Source: the human T2T-CHM13v2.0 reference genome, Homo sapiens. Taken from it: a stretch of DNA of 64,000 bases. Made by a program: the position numbers and the translations under genes. Where the stretch lies: NCBI RefSeq assembly GCF_009914755.1, contig NC_060933.1; one strand, given 5' to 3'. The notes under the pieces are model-generated. The model was not told the DNA's origin. It searched no databases and was given only the letters and a program-made list of their open reading frames with translations. Positions within the stretch are counted from its first letter, which is position 1, and each line of letters begins with the position of its first letter. Positions 46,451 to 63,900 of the stretch are shown one piece after another.

Positions 46451-46683
46451 GGTCCCCTGAATGGGTCTCAGGTGTCTTCAGAATGGTGAGGCCGCCTCAT
46501 TTCCTCACCACACAACCCTCCTGAGGACGTTGCCTGCAAATGGGCGGAATTCCTAATTTCTACCATTCAGTTAAACGAGGGATCCTTAAGCCCCAAAGCT
46601 GGGAAAGCTGTCCGTTAATTTAGTGCGCGTGGGCCGTCTCAGAACAGCAGGGTTCCCAGGAGTCCAGCGGGACGGGGGAGGGG

Positions 46684-46938
46684 ATGAGTGGCCGTGTCCC
46701 CCTGGCAGAGAAGGCCTTGTCTGAAGGCTACGCCCGCCTCCGGTACAGGGACACCTCCTTGCTCATCTGGCAGCAGCAACAGCAGAAGTTGGAGTCGGTG
46801 CCACCTGGGACGTACCTGAGCAGGAGCCGAAGCATGTGGTACTCACAGTATGGAAATGAGGCCATCTTGGTCCGAGACAAAAACAAGCTCGAGGTCTCTA
46901 GGGACACAGGGCAGTCCAAGTTTTGCACAATTATGTAA
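46684..46938 (+). CDS. BRD3OS: BRD3OS 84-aa microprotein (formerly LINC00094), in predicted terminal exon starting 46571
   Basis: ATG-initiated non-repetitive [47 protein letters not shown]; acceptor CTAATTTCTACCATTCAG| at 46570; lies opposite the BRD3 3' end. Confidence 0.9.
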
Positions 46939-47392
46939 TTCCGATGTGAGCACCTGAACCCAGGACCACACTTTGAGGAAAACAGACCTGAGTTTCATTC
47001 AGTTGTCTTGTTGATTTCCAATCCTTGCTGGAAGATTTTGAATAATGAACGTGAAGATCAAACTGTGGTGTAAGAACCCAAGAAGCGCAGAATTGGCCCC
47101 CGAACCCCTCAGCACAGCCGCGGTGTGACTGGTGCACAGGACACTTCCCCTCTAGAGTCCCCTCCGTGGTCAGCTGTTGTGACATTTGAATTCTCCAGGT
47201 GCTGCTAGGGACAGCATAGGCCCGGGCACTGCTAGATGCTTGGTTTAAACCAGGCCAAGAGTAACCCTCCCATCCCCATTACAAACCACCTTTTCAAGTT
47301 TTTTAGGTTTTAGTTTTTTGTTTTTAGCATAAATGGCGGAGTAGCAGCAGCATCTCACCAGGAGCTTTGTCGCATTACATTTTGTATTTTGC

Positions 47393-50032
<2,640 letters not shown>

Positions 50033-50265
50033 CTTTAAATGGTTTTTTGGGGCCCCTTTTGGATGCTCTGGGTGTTTTTGCCAAGAGTTACAGGATGTCA
50101 AGTGTGGGGAGCTCAGCACCCTTGCTGTGGACCAGTGAAGGCTGTTCCAGACCAGGTGCTTCCAGACATTTCCAGGCTCCAGGAGAGAGGCTGGGAGCCC
50201 CCACAGAAAGCACAGGAAAATGCAAAAAAAAAAAACAGTCTTTTTTTTTTTTTTTTTTTTTGCTT

Positions 50266-50271
50266 TTTATT
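50266..50271 (-). terminator. BRD3: BRD3 distal polyadenylation signal AATAAA
   Basis: TTTATT on plus strand; on minus it is followed by an A-run then GACTG-T12. Confidence 0.7.
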
Positions 50272-51501
50272 ATGAAAACAAAACAAATGCCCCAGGAGAA
50301 GGGTCCATGATTACCAGAAACATCAAAGAGTACTTTCTACCATTTTTATTCTGTTGTGTTGAGGCCAGCATTGCAATAAACAAGCTAAACTACTTACATT
50401 GGACTCATTTTCAGTAACTGACATTTACAGGAATATACTAGAAACGGCACTAAAAAGTTTAAGAAAAGTTACGGTAAACTTGCATGCACATCATACAGAA
50501 AAGTAACATTTTAAATATAAAAAAGAAAAACTTCCTGGAAGCATTATGCCAGTATTAAGGAACAGTGCTACTCTGGATGTGACAAATTCTGTATGTGGGT
50601 GTTACTCTTTCCCAAAAGACTGTCAGAGGCGTGAGTGCTGCAAAAGAACAACAACAAAAACAAACACACAAAAAAATGTGTCTTACAGTTTGTAAGCAAG
50701 ATGACACTGCCCAACACAAAGAGGGGTCTGGAGTTCAGTTCACGCCCGAAGCCTGCCCCCTCGGCCTCCAGGGGTCATTCAGAGTGTTCTCAAATCCAAT
50801 TCCGACACACGACTTGTCACTACTCCTCTCCCCTTGAAAAAAGCATGTTAGAAGCTGCCCTACAGGTCTCAGCAGTGGGACAATCTAATTGAATCACCGC
50901 AGCCTTCTAATACAGAAGAAACGGACGTGACTGTCACCCTCAGCCCGCCAGCAAGGGCGCTGAGGAAGTCATTAATCCTTCGAAACTCTGAAAAGAAACC
51001 AGTGTTGAAGTCTGGACAGAAAGCCTTAAAAAAGTGACAGCACCAATGCAGCTGCTCAGTGTACCCGCCGTGGGCTGTCAGGGTCAGTGGCTTCTTTCTA
51101 GATGAAAGGAGCAGAGGCGAGCCGACGCCACCGTCACAGAGAACCAGCCGAGAAGGAAAGGCCCCACGATGCTCCTGCTGCGCTGCCCCCACAGCCGGCC
51201 GCTCCCCCGACGGCTCACACAGGCAGCACCTCACTGCCCTGTGGCTGGAGGGGCATTGCAAGGAGCGCCCCCCAGCCCCAGGCACCCCCGGCTTAGGGTG
51301 TACGTATCACCCAGCCCTGTGCTGGCAGCACGTTACCAACCAGCCTGCGTGAAGACCTGTCAACTGTCGTGTGTGAATTCCTTAAATTCGGTTTAAATAG
51401 TCCATTAAAGATCTGTTTAGAAAATACCTTTGAAAACGAGGGTAACTTTAAAAAATGGAAACTTTCAAATCCATTTATATTTTTATTATAAACAAAACTT
51501 A

Positions 51502-51507
51502 ATTAAA
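51502..51507 (+). terminator. BRD3OS: Candidate BRD3OS polyadenylation signal ATTAAA
   Basis: ATTAAA in AT-rich context; alternatives are AATAAA 50375-50380 and ATTAAA ~51404. Confidence 0.45.
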
Positions 51508-53526
51508 AGTTTAACAAACTGGCTGAAAACTCACCAAGTGTCAGACTCACCAGCAATTTAAAAAATGATAATTTACCAGCATCTCCTCATCAGAGTTCCC
51601 TCTCCAGTAAGGGTATACCTACATCTGTAAGGGTCAGTGGACTCTGAATCAATTTTATGGTTGTTTTAAAATCACCGTGTATTAGGATACTAATGATAGT
51701 CCCTATATCCATCCAGAAATGCTGGCAGAAAGCACTGGCCACCATACAGGACAGACCACACCACAGCTCCATACCCAGCGTCTGCCTGGAGGCTCCCCCA
51801 CGCTGAGGTCCGGGAGAATGCCTGGTTTCAGTCATTTCCGGACTAACTGTGACAACGCGTGAGCAGGGAGCACCGTGCGAGTCTCCGGGAGGGAATCCTC
51901 CTGGGGCCCAGAGACTCCTCCACCCCTGGGGAGGGCAGACAGGCTCGGGAGGGCCTGGCCAGGCCACTGGAGGCTGGCAGGGAGCAGGCATGTCCACCCG
52001 CAAGCCTGGGAGGCTAACTCTGGCATTCCTGGCCGGAGCCGCCATGCTCATTGGTGGGCCAGTTTGGGACATCCCCGTACTCAAAGACCATATGGCAGCC
52101 TCTGGGAAAACAAAACCAAAACATCACCTTCTATTAAACTCTGTATATTATTATTTTTTACAATAGAAAGTTAAAAATCAAGACTTAGATTTACTATACA
52201 TTTTTTCTCTCAGATTACAAAGTTTATATTATATAACTGGGGTTCCCTAAATTGATTTCTTTTAAAACAGTCTTAAAGAGACCAGAAGTGAATACAAAAG
52301 AACTAAACAAAATAAAAAATTAGAATGTGCTGTAGCTGAAAGCTGTCTATACCTGTAAGCCTCCAAGTTTCATACAAAAAAAAAAAAAAAAAAAAAACCA
52401 CAAAGAAAAAAACCAAAAAACCCAACAAACCCAGGGGCGAGCGCGCGAACAGACGTGGGTGAGCACCGCGCGGTGGCAGGAGTTAGCACCTGGAGACGAC
52501 AGGCCGCCGCCAGACAGGACCCGCGCCCGGCACACCACTGGCAAGGCCTGCATCTCTGCGACTGTGTGAATGCATTTCTTCTGCGGTTTTTTCTTATTTT
52601 CTTTTTTTTAAAAATGACCAATGATGTTAATAAATAACTATTTATATACACATAAGCTCGGGAAGTGGTTCCCAAGGGTGGCGCGGCAGCAGCAGCAGGG
52701 GCAGCGCTAGCCAGGCGGGGACTCACAGCGGGCTGGACTTCCGTAGAAAATTGCCGAACCTTACAAAAAAAGTCTCCTTTTTTTTTTTTTTTAAATCTTT
52801 TCTTCTTTTTTTTTTTTTAAAGTTGAGGTAAAAGCTTCAGTGTATGGAAACCTGCAGGCTGCATACACAGCCGCTCTGTTCCCTCCGAGGAGCTCCTGAC
52901 ATCACCACGAGCGGAGAACGCACATCCCACCCGACCACCCCCCAAGGGCTCCACGCTCCGGGCTGGGGCTGCGATGACCCTTCGCTTAGGCCCAGCCTGG
53001 TCTCCACAAGCAGGCACATCTGTCCTCAGCCCCTCCAGAAAGAGGTGGCCGCGTCAGACACGAGGGTCAGAGCTCGGGGCCCAAATGACAAGGACAATGC
53101 GTGTTGACAAAGCTAACAGCTTTCAAATACAGTACCCATATCCGAGACATTTCCTTGGAAAAAATTCTTTCTCGAGCTATCGACCAGGTTGGGCCTAAGC
53201 AAAGGGATTCCACAAGGTTCTTCGGTACGAATCTCACACGGTTTTCTGGGGTCATCGGGTTAGCATTTGAAGTTGTCATCTCCAAGTGACTGAATTCAGT
53301 GATGAAGAAGAGACTTTCTGCAGAGTTCACACCTTCTCATCAAGTCTAACGCACACACAAGATAGATCTCTGACCTATGAAAGCAAAAACTGGAAGATAT
53401 CATAACACTGAATTAAGAAGCAGACCTGCACACCATGGAACAGAAGTAGTAATATGAACCACAGAGGGGTACGGCAGAGTCTCGGCGTGTGCGACATCCA
53501 TCTGTCCTGTTCTGTCCGAAGCCAGT

Positions 53527-53642
53527 TCATTCTGAGTCACTGCTGTCAGAGCTGGACCCGCTGGAGCTGCTGCTCCCAGACTCGGAGGAGCTGCTGCTGC
53601 TGAGCCTGGACGGGCCCCCTGAGGGTGCTGAGCCGGGCTTCT
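53527..53642 (-). CDS. BRD3: BRD3 last coding exon (exon 12; Ser-rich SEED tail, stop)
   Basis: EKPGSAPSGGPSRLSSSSSSESGSSSSSGSSSDSSDSE*; acceptor CTCCACAG|; phase consistent. Confidence 0.96.
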
Positions 53643-54637
53643 CTGTGGAGACATGGGCAGGGAGATGCGCTCGCACACCCGCTTCTTGACCCGCTTGGCG
53701 GCATGTCGTCCATGCCAGCGTGACACCATCACACTGGGTGCCACGACCCACCCACTTCCTGACCCAGTCGTTTAATAAGTATTTATTGAAATTAATCAGG
53801 TCAACAAGACTATCTGAATATACTTGAGACAGGAAAAAAATGAATGCAGACTACTAACAGGAAATGATGGATGCGAGAAAGGCTGCCCATCAAAAACATC
53901 CACCAGTCACATGGCCACCAGCAGCGACAGGAACACCAGCTGCTGGCGTTTCTGGAGCGCTTACTCTGCCTGGGGCGTCCAAAGAGTGACTACAGGAGAC
54001 AGACCCCTTCAGCGGGCAGGGTCATGGGCCCTGTCTCGACACTGGGCAAACCATGTCGCAAGGCCATGGCCCCCAGCTAGAACATGCTCCAGTCCAGATA
54101 GGACCCTACTGTCCCCCCCATATGTGTGTCCTGGAAGCCAGGAAAAGAGATGTGTGCTCTAACAGGGTCCAGAAAAAGGAGGCAAGGGCTCAAATGCTGG
54201 CTCCCCTGAGCAAAGGACCTGGCAAAGCGCAGGGCATGGGGCTGGGCCTCCCGCCTCTGCTACCTCGGCCTGCCATGGAACTGATGCCACTGCCAGGGAA
54301 CAGTCAGAAAGCTCACGGTGAGCCCAGCTCACTGGCTGGGCTGCCCAGTCCAGCCCCACAAGAGCCCTCTCCTGGGGGGTCCTCTGTCTGTGGTGCCCTG
54401 GAATGGGCTGTGTTCACACACACTTGACATGTGCACACCTCCCTGCAGGGTTGGGGTATGACCCCCAGTGACAGACCAGGAAATGGAGGTTTCAGGAGCT
54501 CAAGAGCTCGTCTAAGAACATGGAGCTCATCAGGAGGTAAGCCACACTCAGACGTGGGCCTGCTCGATGCTCAAACCCCTACTGCTGACACCCCCCACCC
54601 CCCTAAAGAGGGGTGGCACAGCGGCCGCCAGCGGTAC

Positions 54638-54766
54638 CTTTCCGGGCGGGCTTCTTGCTGCTGCTCAGCTGCCCGCTGACATCCTGCAGACGCTTTTCCA
54701 GCTCCTTCTTCTTTTCCTGAGCTAGCTCCTCTTTCGACTTGGCTGCCTGTTTCTTCCCGCTTGCTG
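54638..54766 (-). CDS. BRD3: BRD3 exon 11 (coiled-coil after ET domain)
   Basis: [43 protein letters not shown]; AG/GT boundaries; 129 nt. Confidence 0.95.
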
Positions 54767-55968
54767 CTGTCGGGGAACAAATGGGCACTCAGACTGCAGA
54801 GCAGACCGATGGGGCAGGAGCCAGGGCTGCATCCAGGTGGCCAAGGCCCCAGCCCTGCACACTGGCATCCATGCCAGCTGCCCAGCTTTCATGAGTCTGG
54901 GAGCTGACAGATGCAAAGCTGTCACCAGGGCTTCGAGTGGCAGAAATGACTGGGATGAGACAGACCCACCACCACCCACATCTGCTGAGCCCTCAGGGTG
55001 AGCAAAGCCTGGATCCTAAGGTGACAGAGGCCATTCCTATGGCGCAAACAGGTGCACGGACAGGATGCGGTTTGGCCAACGTCCCTCATGTGCAGGGCAG
55101 AGCCTCTGATTCATGGACCTGCCTCACCAGGGCCGCTGCTCTCCATCTGCCCGAGCAGGAGGCCCGGTCTCCACTGCCTGACACTCCTGAGTCGCTCCCT
55201 CCAAGTTGACCCGGTGACTTACCGTGGGTCAGACGCACCATGACCACACAGACATTCCATCCAGGAAAAGGAGCAAGTGAGGCCCATGCACACCCGAGAG
55301 GCCACATGCAAGTTCAAGTGAGCCCTGCACTCACTTGACAGCCTATGGGGGCTGCCACAAGGGCTGCCTCGGGTCTGCCCTCCCTCCTACTCTGCCAGAC
55401 CTGCAGACCCCAGCAGTGACTCGTTCCTGCCACTGACTTCAGGGAAGCCTGGGCCGGTGCCCCAGGGTCCGTCCTGTGAGGCTTCTGGACTTGTGACCCC
55501 AGTCAAAGGGAGGGTGTCCTTGTTATAAGACAAGCTGGTCTGCCCTGCAAGGGACCATGAGAGGTCACCTGCAGCCAAGGCCCCAAATGGAGGGGAGCCT
55601 CAGGAAGGCATGCAGTGAGGACCCCAACTGGGCCCTGAATGAATGGGGTTTGGGGCCGGAGCCCAGCCCCAGAGTCGCGCACTCCTTGGACAAGGTTAAG
55701 GCCAAGGCACGCAGTGCTGCCCATGTCCCCAAGAACAGGGAAAGAGGGCTCTGGCTGGGTGGGGCTCAGGCCTGGGTTCAGCCCCAAGCCCACTGGCCCT
55801 GGGTGAGCACAGATATCCTCAGGGCATCTGTGGTGGGACGAAGGAGCCAAGACAGCGTGGCAGCCCTGTGCCCAAGCTCGCCGCACAGGGTCCGTGAGGA
55901 GTGACAGGAGGGGCAGGCCAAGGAGGGGAGAGGAACTTCAAGCACCACGCTCCACGCAGGCAACTTAC

Positions 55969-56261
55969 AGAACGGTTTCCTTTGCTTTTTCTGTAAACAA
56001 GACTTGACATATCTCTCCAGTTCCCGCAAAGTGGTGGGTTTCAGAGTCTCAAAGTCAATTTCTATCTCGTCGGGGTTGGAGTCCCTGAGCGAGGGCTCCC
56101 GAGATTGGATGATGTGCACTACCCGGCCCAGCTTCTCCCCGGGCAGCCGGTTGATGTCCAGGCTAAGCTGGCGCTTTTCATCGTAGCTCATGGGCAGGCC
56201 CTCCTCCTCTTCCTCTGAGTCGTAGGAGGCAGATGCCTGCTTGCCGCCTTTCTTCAGCTGT
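55969..56261 (-). CDS. BRD3: BRD3 exon 10 (extra-terminal, ET domain)
   Basis: [73 protein letters not shown]; donor T|GTAAGT. Confidence 0.98.
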
Positions 56262-56500
56262 CTGGGGCAGGAGACAGAGCAACGTGGTGTTGAGTCTCCG
56301 TCTACCTGCCGTGGGAGCCCACTGCACACACCCCTTCCTCCCAACAGCAGGCTGCTCTCTGGGACCAAGCTTTCTTCCCAAAGTGGTGCCCCAAGGCAGA
56401 AAATCCAAGGTTAGAAAAGTCGCTCCCAGCTGCGGGGTTTCCAGCCCTTGGCCAGGAAACAATTACAGAGGTTCGTTCCTCTCTACACCCCATAGGCGTC

Positions 56501-56528
56501 TCAAACTCCACAGGTCAAGAAATGATCT
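56501..56528 (-). CDS. BRD3: Alternative BRD3 coding segment giving C-terminus RDHFLTCGV* (556-aa ET-less isoform, BRD3R-type)
   Basis: Acceptor ..CTGAATACAG|A GAT CAT TTC TTG ACC TGT GGA GTT TGA in phase with exon 9; matches my recollection of BRD3 isoform 2. Confidence 0.7.
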
Positions 56529-56529
56529 C

Positions 56530-58580
<2,051 letters not shown>

Positions 58581-58582
58581 TA

Positions 58583-58843
58583 CAAGCTGGGTATCCCAAA
58601 TCCAAAAATCCAAAATGCTCCAAAATCTGAAACTGTCTGAGTCTTAACGTGACGCTCAAAGGAAATGCTCACTGGAGCATTTCAGATTTTCAGATTTGAG
58701 ATGCTTCAGTTTTGAGATGCTTCAGATTTGAGATGCTCAATGGGGAGTATAATGCAAATATTCCAAAATCTGAAAAAATCCAAAATCAGAAGCACCTTTT
58801 ATTTTGGAAACATCCTTATTTTAGATAAAGGATACTCAACCTG
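58583..58843. mobile_element. Tigger4a/MER46-like TcMar DNA transposon
   Basis: TA|CAAGCTGGGTATCCC..GACGCTCAAAGGAAATGCTCA..AGGATACTCAACCTG|TA; TIRs and TA TSD. Confidence 0.8.
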
Positions 58844-59970
58844 TATAAGAAAAATGGATTTCTGCATCTGCCTCCAAAAAGGAGAGAGGGAGGGAGGGAG
58901 AAAATAAGGGAAGGAAAGACCTATCCCGACCATTCCACTCGCTGTCTTCATTAATGGCTGACCCAGCTGTCTAACCCCAAACCCAGGACCCCCATGCTCC
59001 TCCCCTCCTCCCTCCAAGCACCAGGGCCTGGCCATGCCGCCTCCCAAAGTAGTCTATCTCCAGAGCCACACCAATTTCTTTTGCCTGCACAACCACCATA
59101 ACCTCCAAAGGGGTATCCTTTCTTCCATTCCTGATTTCCACTAAGCTATTCTCCATAGTGGCGAGGATCTGATCATGTTGAGCTTAAATCCTAACTCTCC
59201 TTCATTTGCTTGAAAAGGAAGCATGAACACCTCAAACAAAGCCGGCTGATCTCAGCAGCCTCAACTCACCTTTTTTCCCAACTTGTTCTTTTTCAGTGGT
59301 GCCAACTTTGCCCTCATTCCCAAAAGGAACACGTCCTACTGGCCTCTGTGGCTTTGTACCCGTTGTTCCCTGTTCTTGGAACTCCCTCCCTGGCCCTCTG
59401 CTGCCAAGCTTGCTCCCACACAGCTGTTGCCTCCCCCTTGGGAAGCCTCCCTTCCACCTGGCCAGGAGAGCTCCCATCCCGGGCCTGAGCTCCTTCCCTA
59501 CTAGCTCACACTGCTTTGTGGCTCCTGCATGTCCCTAGCAGACGCTCCTCAGGGTGGTGCCCAGCCACAGCAGGGGCTCCCGAAGGAGGCTGAATGCAGC
59601 TGTGCACGATTCCACCATCCCTGCCCCCTGCCTATGGGCAAGTCCAAAACGGGGCGTTCAACTCCCCCTAGTCAAGATCCTTGGCCCAGACCAGAGAAAC
59701 ATCCCAAAAGCTTCATGATGTGGAGACCAGGCCGTGCCAGCGCTTCAATGCCCAGAATCCAGGCCAGCCCCGCAGACAACTGAGCAGCATCACCTGGGCC
59801 CCCGGACTTCCCAGCACAGGTCTCATCAGGCCCTCTGTCTCCCTGCCCCCATCACCCTGGTTTCCAGGTGGCCAAGGCACAAAGCCCCCAATCCCAGCAC
59901 TGCTGCTACATGAGCCCCCATGGCGTGCTGAGCGCTGGGCTCTTGGAGCCCGAGCAGGTCTGGAGCCCAC

Positions 59971-60206
59971 CTGCCGGCCGTGGTCGTGCTGTTGGCCTTC
60001 TTGGCAGGAGCCTTCTTCTGCTGAGCCTGCTTGGCAGGCGGAGCCACCTTGGCCTTCTTCTCTTCCTCGGCCTTCACTTTGTGCTTCTCCTTCTCCTTCT
60101 CCTTGTCCTTCTTCTTCTTCTCCTTCTCCTTCTTCTCCTTCTTCTTCTTTGGTTTGTTTACTGGGGCCTGAGACAGGGCGGCCAGCTGCTCGTGCACGGC
60201 CTTCAG
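59971..60206 (-). CDS. BRD3: BRD3 exon 9 (motif B coiled-coil end and Lys-rich NLS/BID region)
   Basis: [48 protein letters not shown]; CTCTTTTCCAG| and AG|GTGGGC; 236 nt. Confidence 0.97.
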
Positions 60207-60500
60207 CTGGAAAAGAGCGGGCGGCTGAGCAGGTGCTGGGCACGGCCCACACCACTGGGGCTGCGTGGCGCCCTGGGATTGGAGGGGGCTTGGGGCGATG
60301 TCGGAGCTGCCTCAGCTGGGTGAGGAGGTGAACCAGGAGCACCTGGGCCCTGCTCTGCCCCTCACTCCCGTGACCCCCAGTGAGTCATGAGCCCTCTCCG
60401 CCTCGGCTTCTTCGCCTGCAGTGGGGAAGAGCTGCCTGGCCACAGGCTCAGCACTGCGCGGGTGGCACAACAGGGACTCGGTGAGGGCAGCTAACTTTTT

Positions 60501-60621
60501 AAAAAAAATGTATTATACTTTAAGTTCGGGGATACATGTGCAGAATGTGCAGGTTTGTTACATAGGTATACATGTGCCACGGTAGTTTGCTGCACCCATC
60601 AACCCGTCATCTACATTAGGT
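60501..60621 (-). mobile_element. Very short 5'-truncated L1PA 3' end with target-site duplication
   Basis: TATTATACTTTAAGTT..CATGTGCAGAATGTGCAGGTTTGTTACATAGG; TSD GGGCAGCTAAC(A)TTTTT at 60485 and 60622. Confidence 0.9.
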
Positions 60622-61697
60622 GGGCAGCTAACATTTTTATTATTACCATTGTTCAGATAAGGAAGGACTCTCTAGAAGTTTAAATGCCCACACAAAGGAG
60701 ATTTTCATCAGTGATTTCTGGGAAGCCATTTGATAACACGCAGGACTCCGGGGTTAAAACAATCCACTGCCAGCAACCAGCATTAATCCAGGGCCTCCCT
60801 GCAGCTGGCATTGTGCCAAGCGCCTCGCCCTCCCCACTGCAGCCACCTCCATGGGAGAGGCCCCTTGAGAGGCACTGCCCATGTGAGTCCACGGCCTGTC
60901 CCTGCCTCTGGGTGGTCTGTGCAAGGAAGACAGAGGGCGGGTGGAGGAGCTGCCACCTCACAGCCGTCTTCCCTGCTGTGTGTCCTTGCCACTTCAAAAT
61001 CAAATGTCCAGCCCAACTCTGGGGACTGCAGGGCCATCGCTGTCCTTGCAGCCCTGATTCATGCTGTTCCCCTCCTGACTCGACAGCCCTGCTCTATTTT
61101 CTCCCAATCTGGGGTCCCAGAAATCATGCATCTGGCTGGCTGCCAGAGGTCTGGGGAAACAATTCACATCTTTCTCAATCTGACCTCAAGACAGCTCAGA
61201 GTGGGTGACATTTGTCCCATACTGCAAACGAGGAAAGCAGAGAAGGGGGAGGAAGCACAGCCTGGCAGCGGGACTGGGGCTGGGCAGCTGCACGGCAGGG
61301 CCCTCAGGACCCTGGAGCCTGCACCCCACCCCACTGCAAGTGACTGCTTGGAGCCCAGGCACTACTGTGGCCTCTGCAAGTGCCTCACAGGCCTTTCTGG
61401 AGCAGAGCAAGGCACACATAACCACACATGACCCCTGAGCTCCCACCTGAGGCCCGCCAGGTCTCCAGAAACATCCCAGCCACGTGTCCCCGCAGCCACC
61501 CACGTGTGCTGTGGGTTAGGCTCGCACCACCCCAGACCTGGGGAGGGCACTCCGAGTGTCTTTACGAGGAAGCACTACCGCGGCTGCTGAGGGACACGGG
61601 GCAGAGGAAGGAACCATGCAAAGGGACGGACCTTGGGCTGCTGTGCCAGCAATCCCGCCTCAGCCCCTGAACCCCACCCAAGCATGCCAGTGCCCAC

Positions 61698-61889
61698 CTG
61701 CTCCTGCAGCTCCGCCAGCCTGGTGGCCCGCTCCTCCTCCGAGTCCGAGCTGCCTGAGTCCGAAGAGCTCTCCTCACTGCTACGGCTGCTCTCAGCGCCC
61801 TTGCTCACCATGGGGGCCGCGGGGGCAGGCAGCGCCGGTGCCTCCACGGGCTCATCTGGCATCTTGGCAAACCTCATCTCAAACACGTC
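61698..61889 (-). CDS. BRD3: BRD3 exon 8 (end of bromodomain 2, phosphorylation cluster, start of motif B); upstream exons lie beyond the window
   Basis: [41 protein letters not shown]; TTCTGCCGCAG| and CAG|GTGGGC; 192 nt. Confidence 0.97.
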
Positions 61890-62414
61890 CTGCGGCAGAA
61901 CAGAGGCTGCCCTGAAGACATGGGTGCCCATGGGGCTGCCCCTTGGTGTGGGCCCTCAGGGTTTCTGAGGTGCCCCTGAGGCAGCACCCACAGCTGTTAC
62001 GAAGGTGGGGCTAGGAGGAGACAGGGTCCCGCCTGCCTGGGGGGCTGTGGTTGCTTCCAGCTTGCCCACCCTCCCTCCCCAGGCAATTCCTGCGGACAGG
62101 CCTGGGAAGAGGGGACACAGGAGCTGGCCCACAGCTCCCTTCAGCAACTCCATGAGCCCTCTCTAGAAGATGCATGCATCCTTGTAGCCTCCTGGCCCAA
62201 AGCTCCCTGGGGCTGCCTCTGCTGTGAAACGGGAAACAGTGTCTTCCCTTGAGCTTGGACAGGGTCCTCCACAGCCACAGGAGTCCAAGAGTGTTGACCT
62301 CTTCCCATCTCTTCACCCCGGAACTGACTGCAGCATCACATCTCATGAACGGTGAACTCCAAAAGTTGGCTTAAAAGGCCAAAGTCTAGTCCTATCCATA
62401 CTTTATTTACAAAA

Positions 62415-63900
<1,486 letters not shown>

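Larger units (their letters stand above)
50245..53526 (-). other. BRD3: BRD3 3' UTR (to distal poly(A) site)
   Basis: Follows stop at 53527; TE-free; minus-strand AATAAA at 50266-50271 and 50345-50350, U-rich element downstream. Confidence 0.75.

Noticed and set aside
45313-46683. N-terminally extended BRD3OS via exon 1 spliced to an AG at 46642 (would be in frame from ATG 45313)
   Set aside because: Weak pyrimidine tract at that AG; with the stronger acceptor at 46570 the frame is closed by TAG at 46621. No support without RNA data.
51590-52084. 164-aa minus-strand ORF inside the BRD3 3' UTR
   Set aside because: No recognisable domain, lies downstream of the BRD3 stop, and its length is compatible with chance in GC-rich UTR.
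56501-56512. CaaX motif at the end of the short BRD3 isoform (..LTCGV)
   Set aside because: Cys is at -3, not -4.
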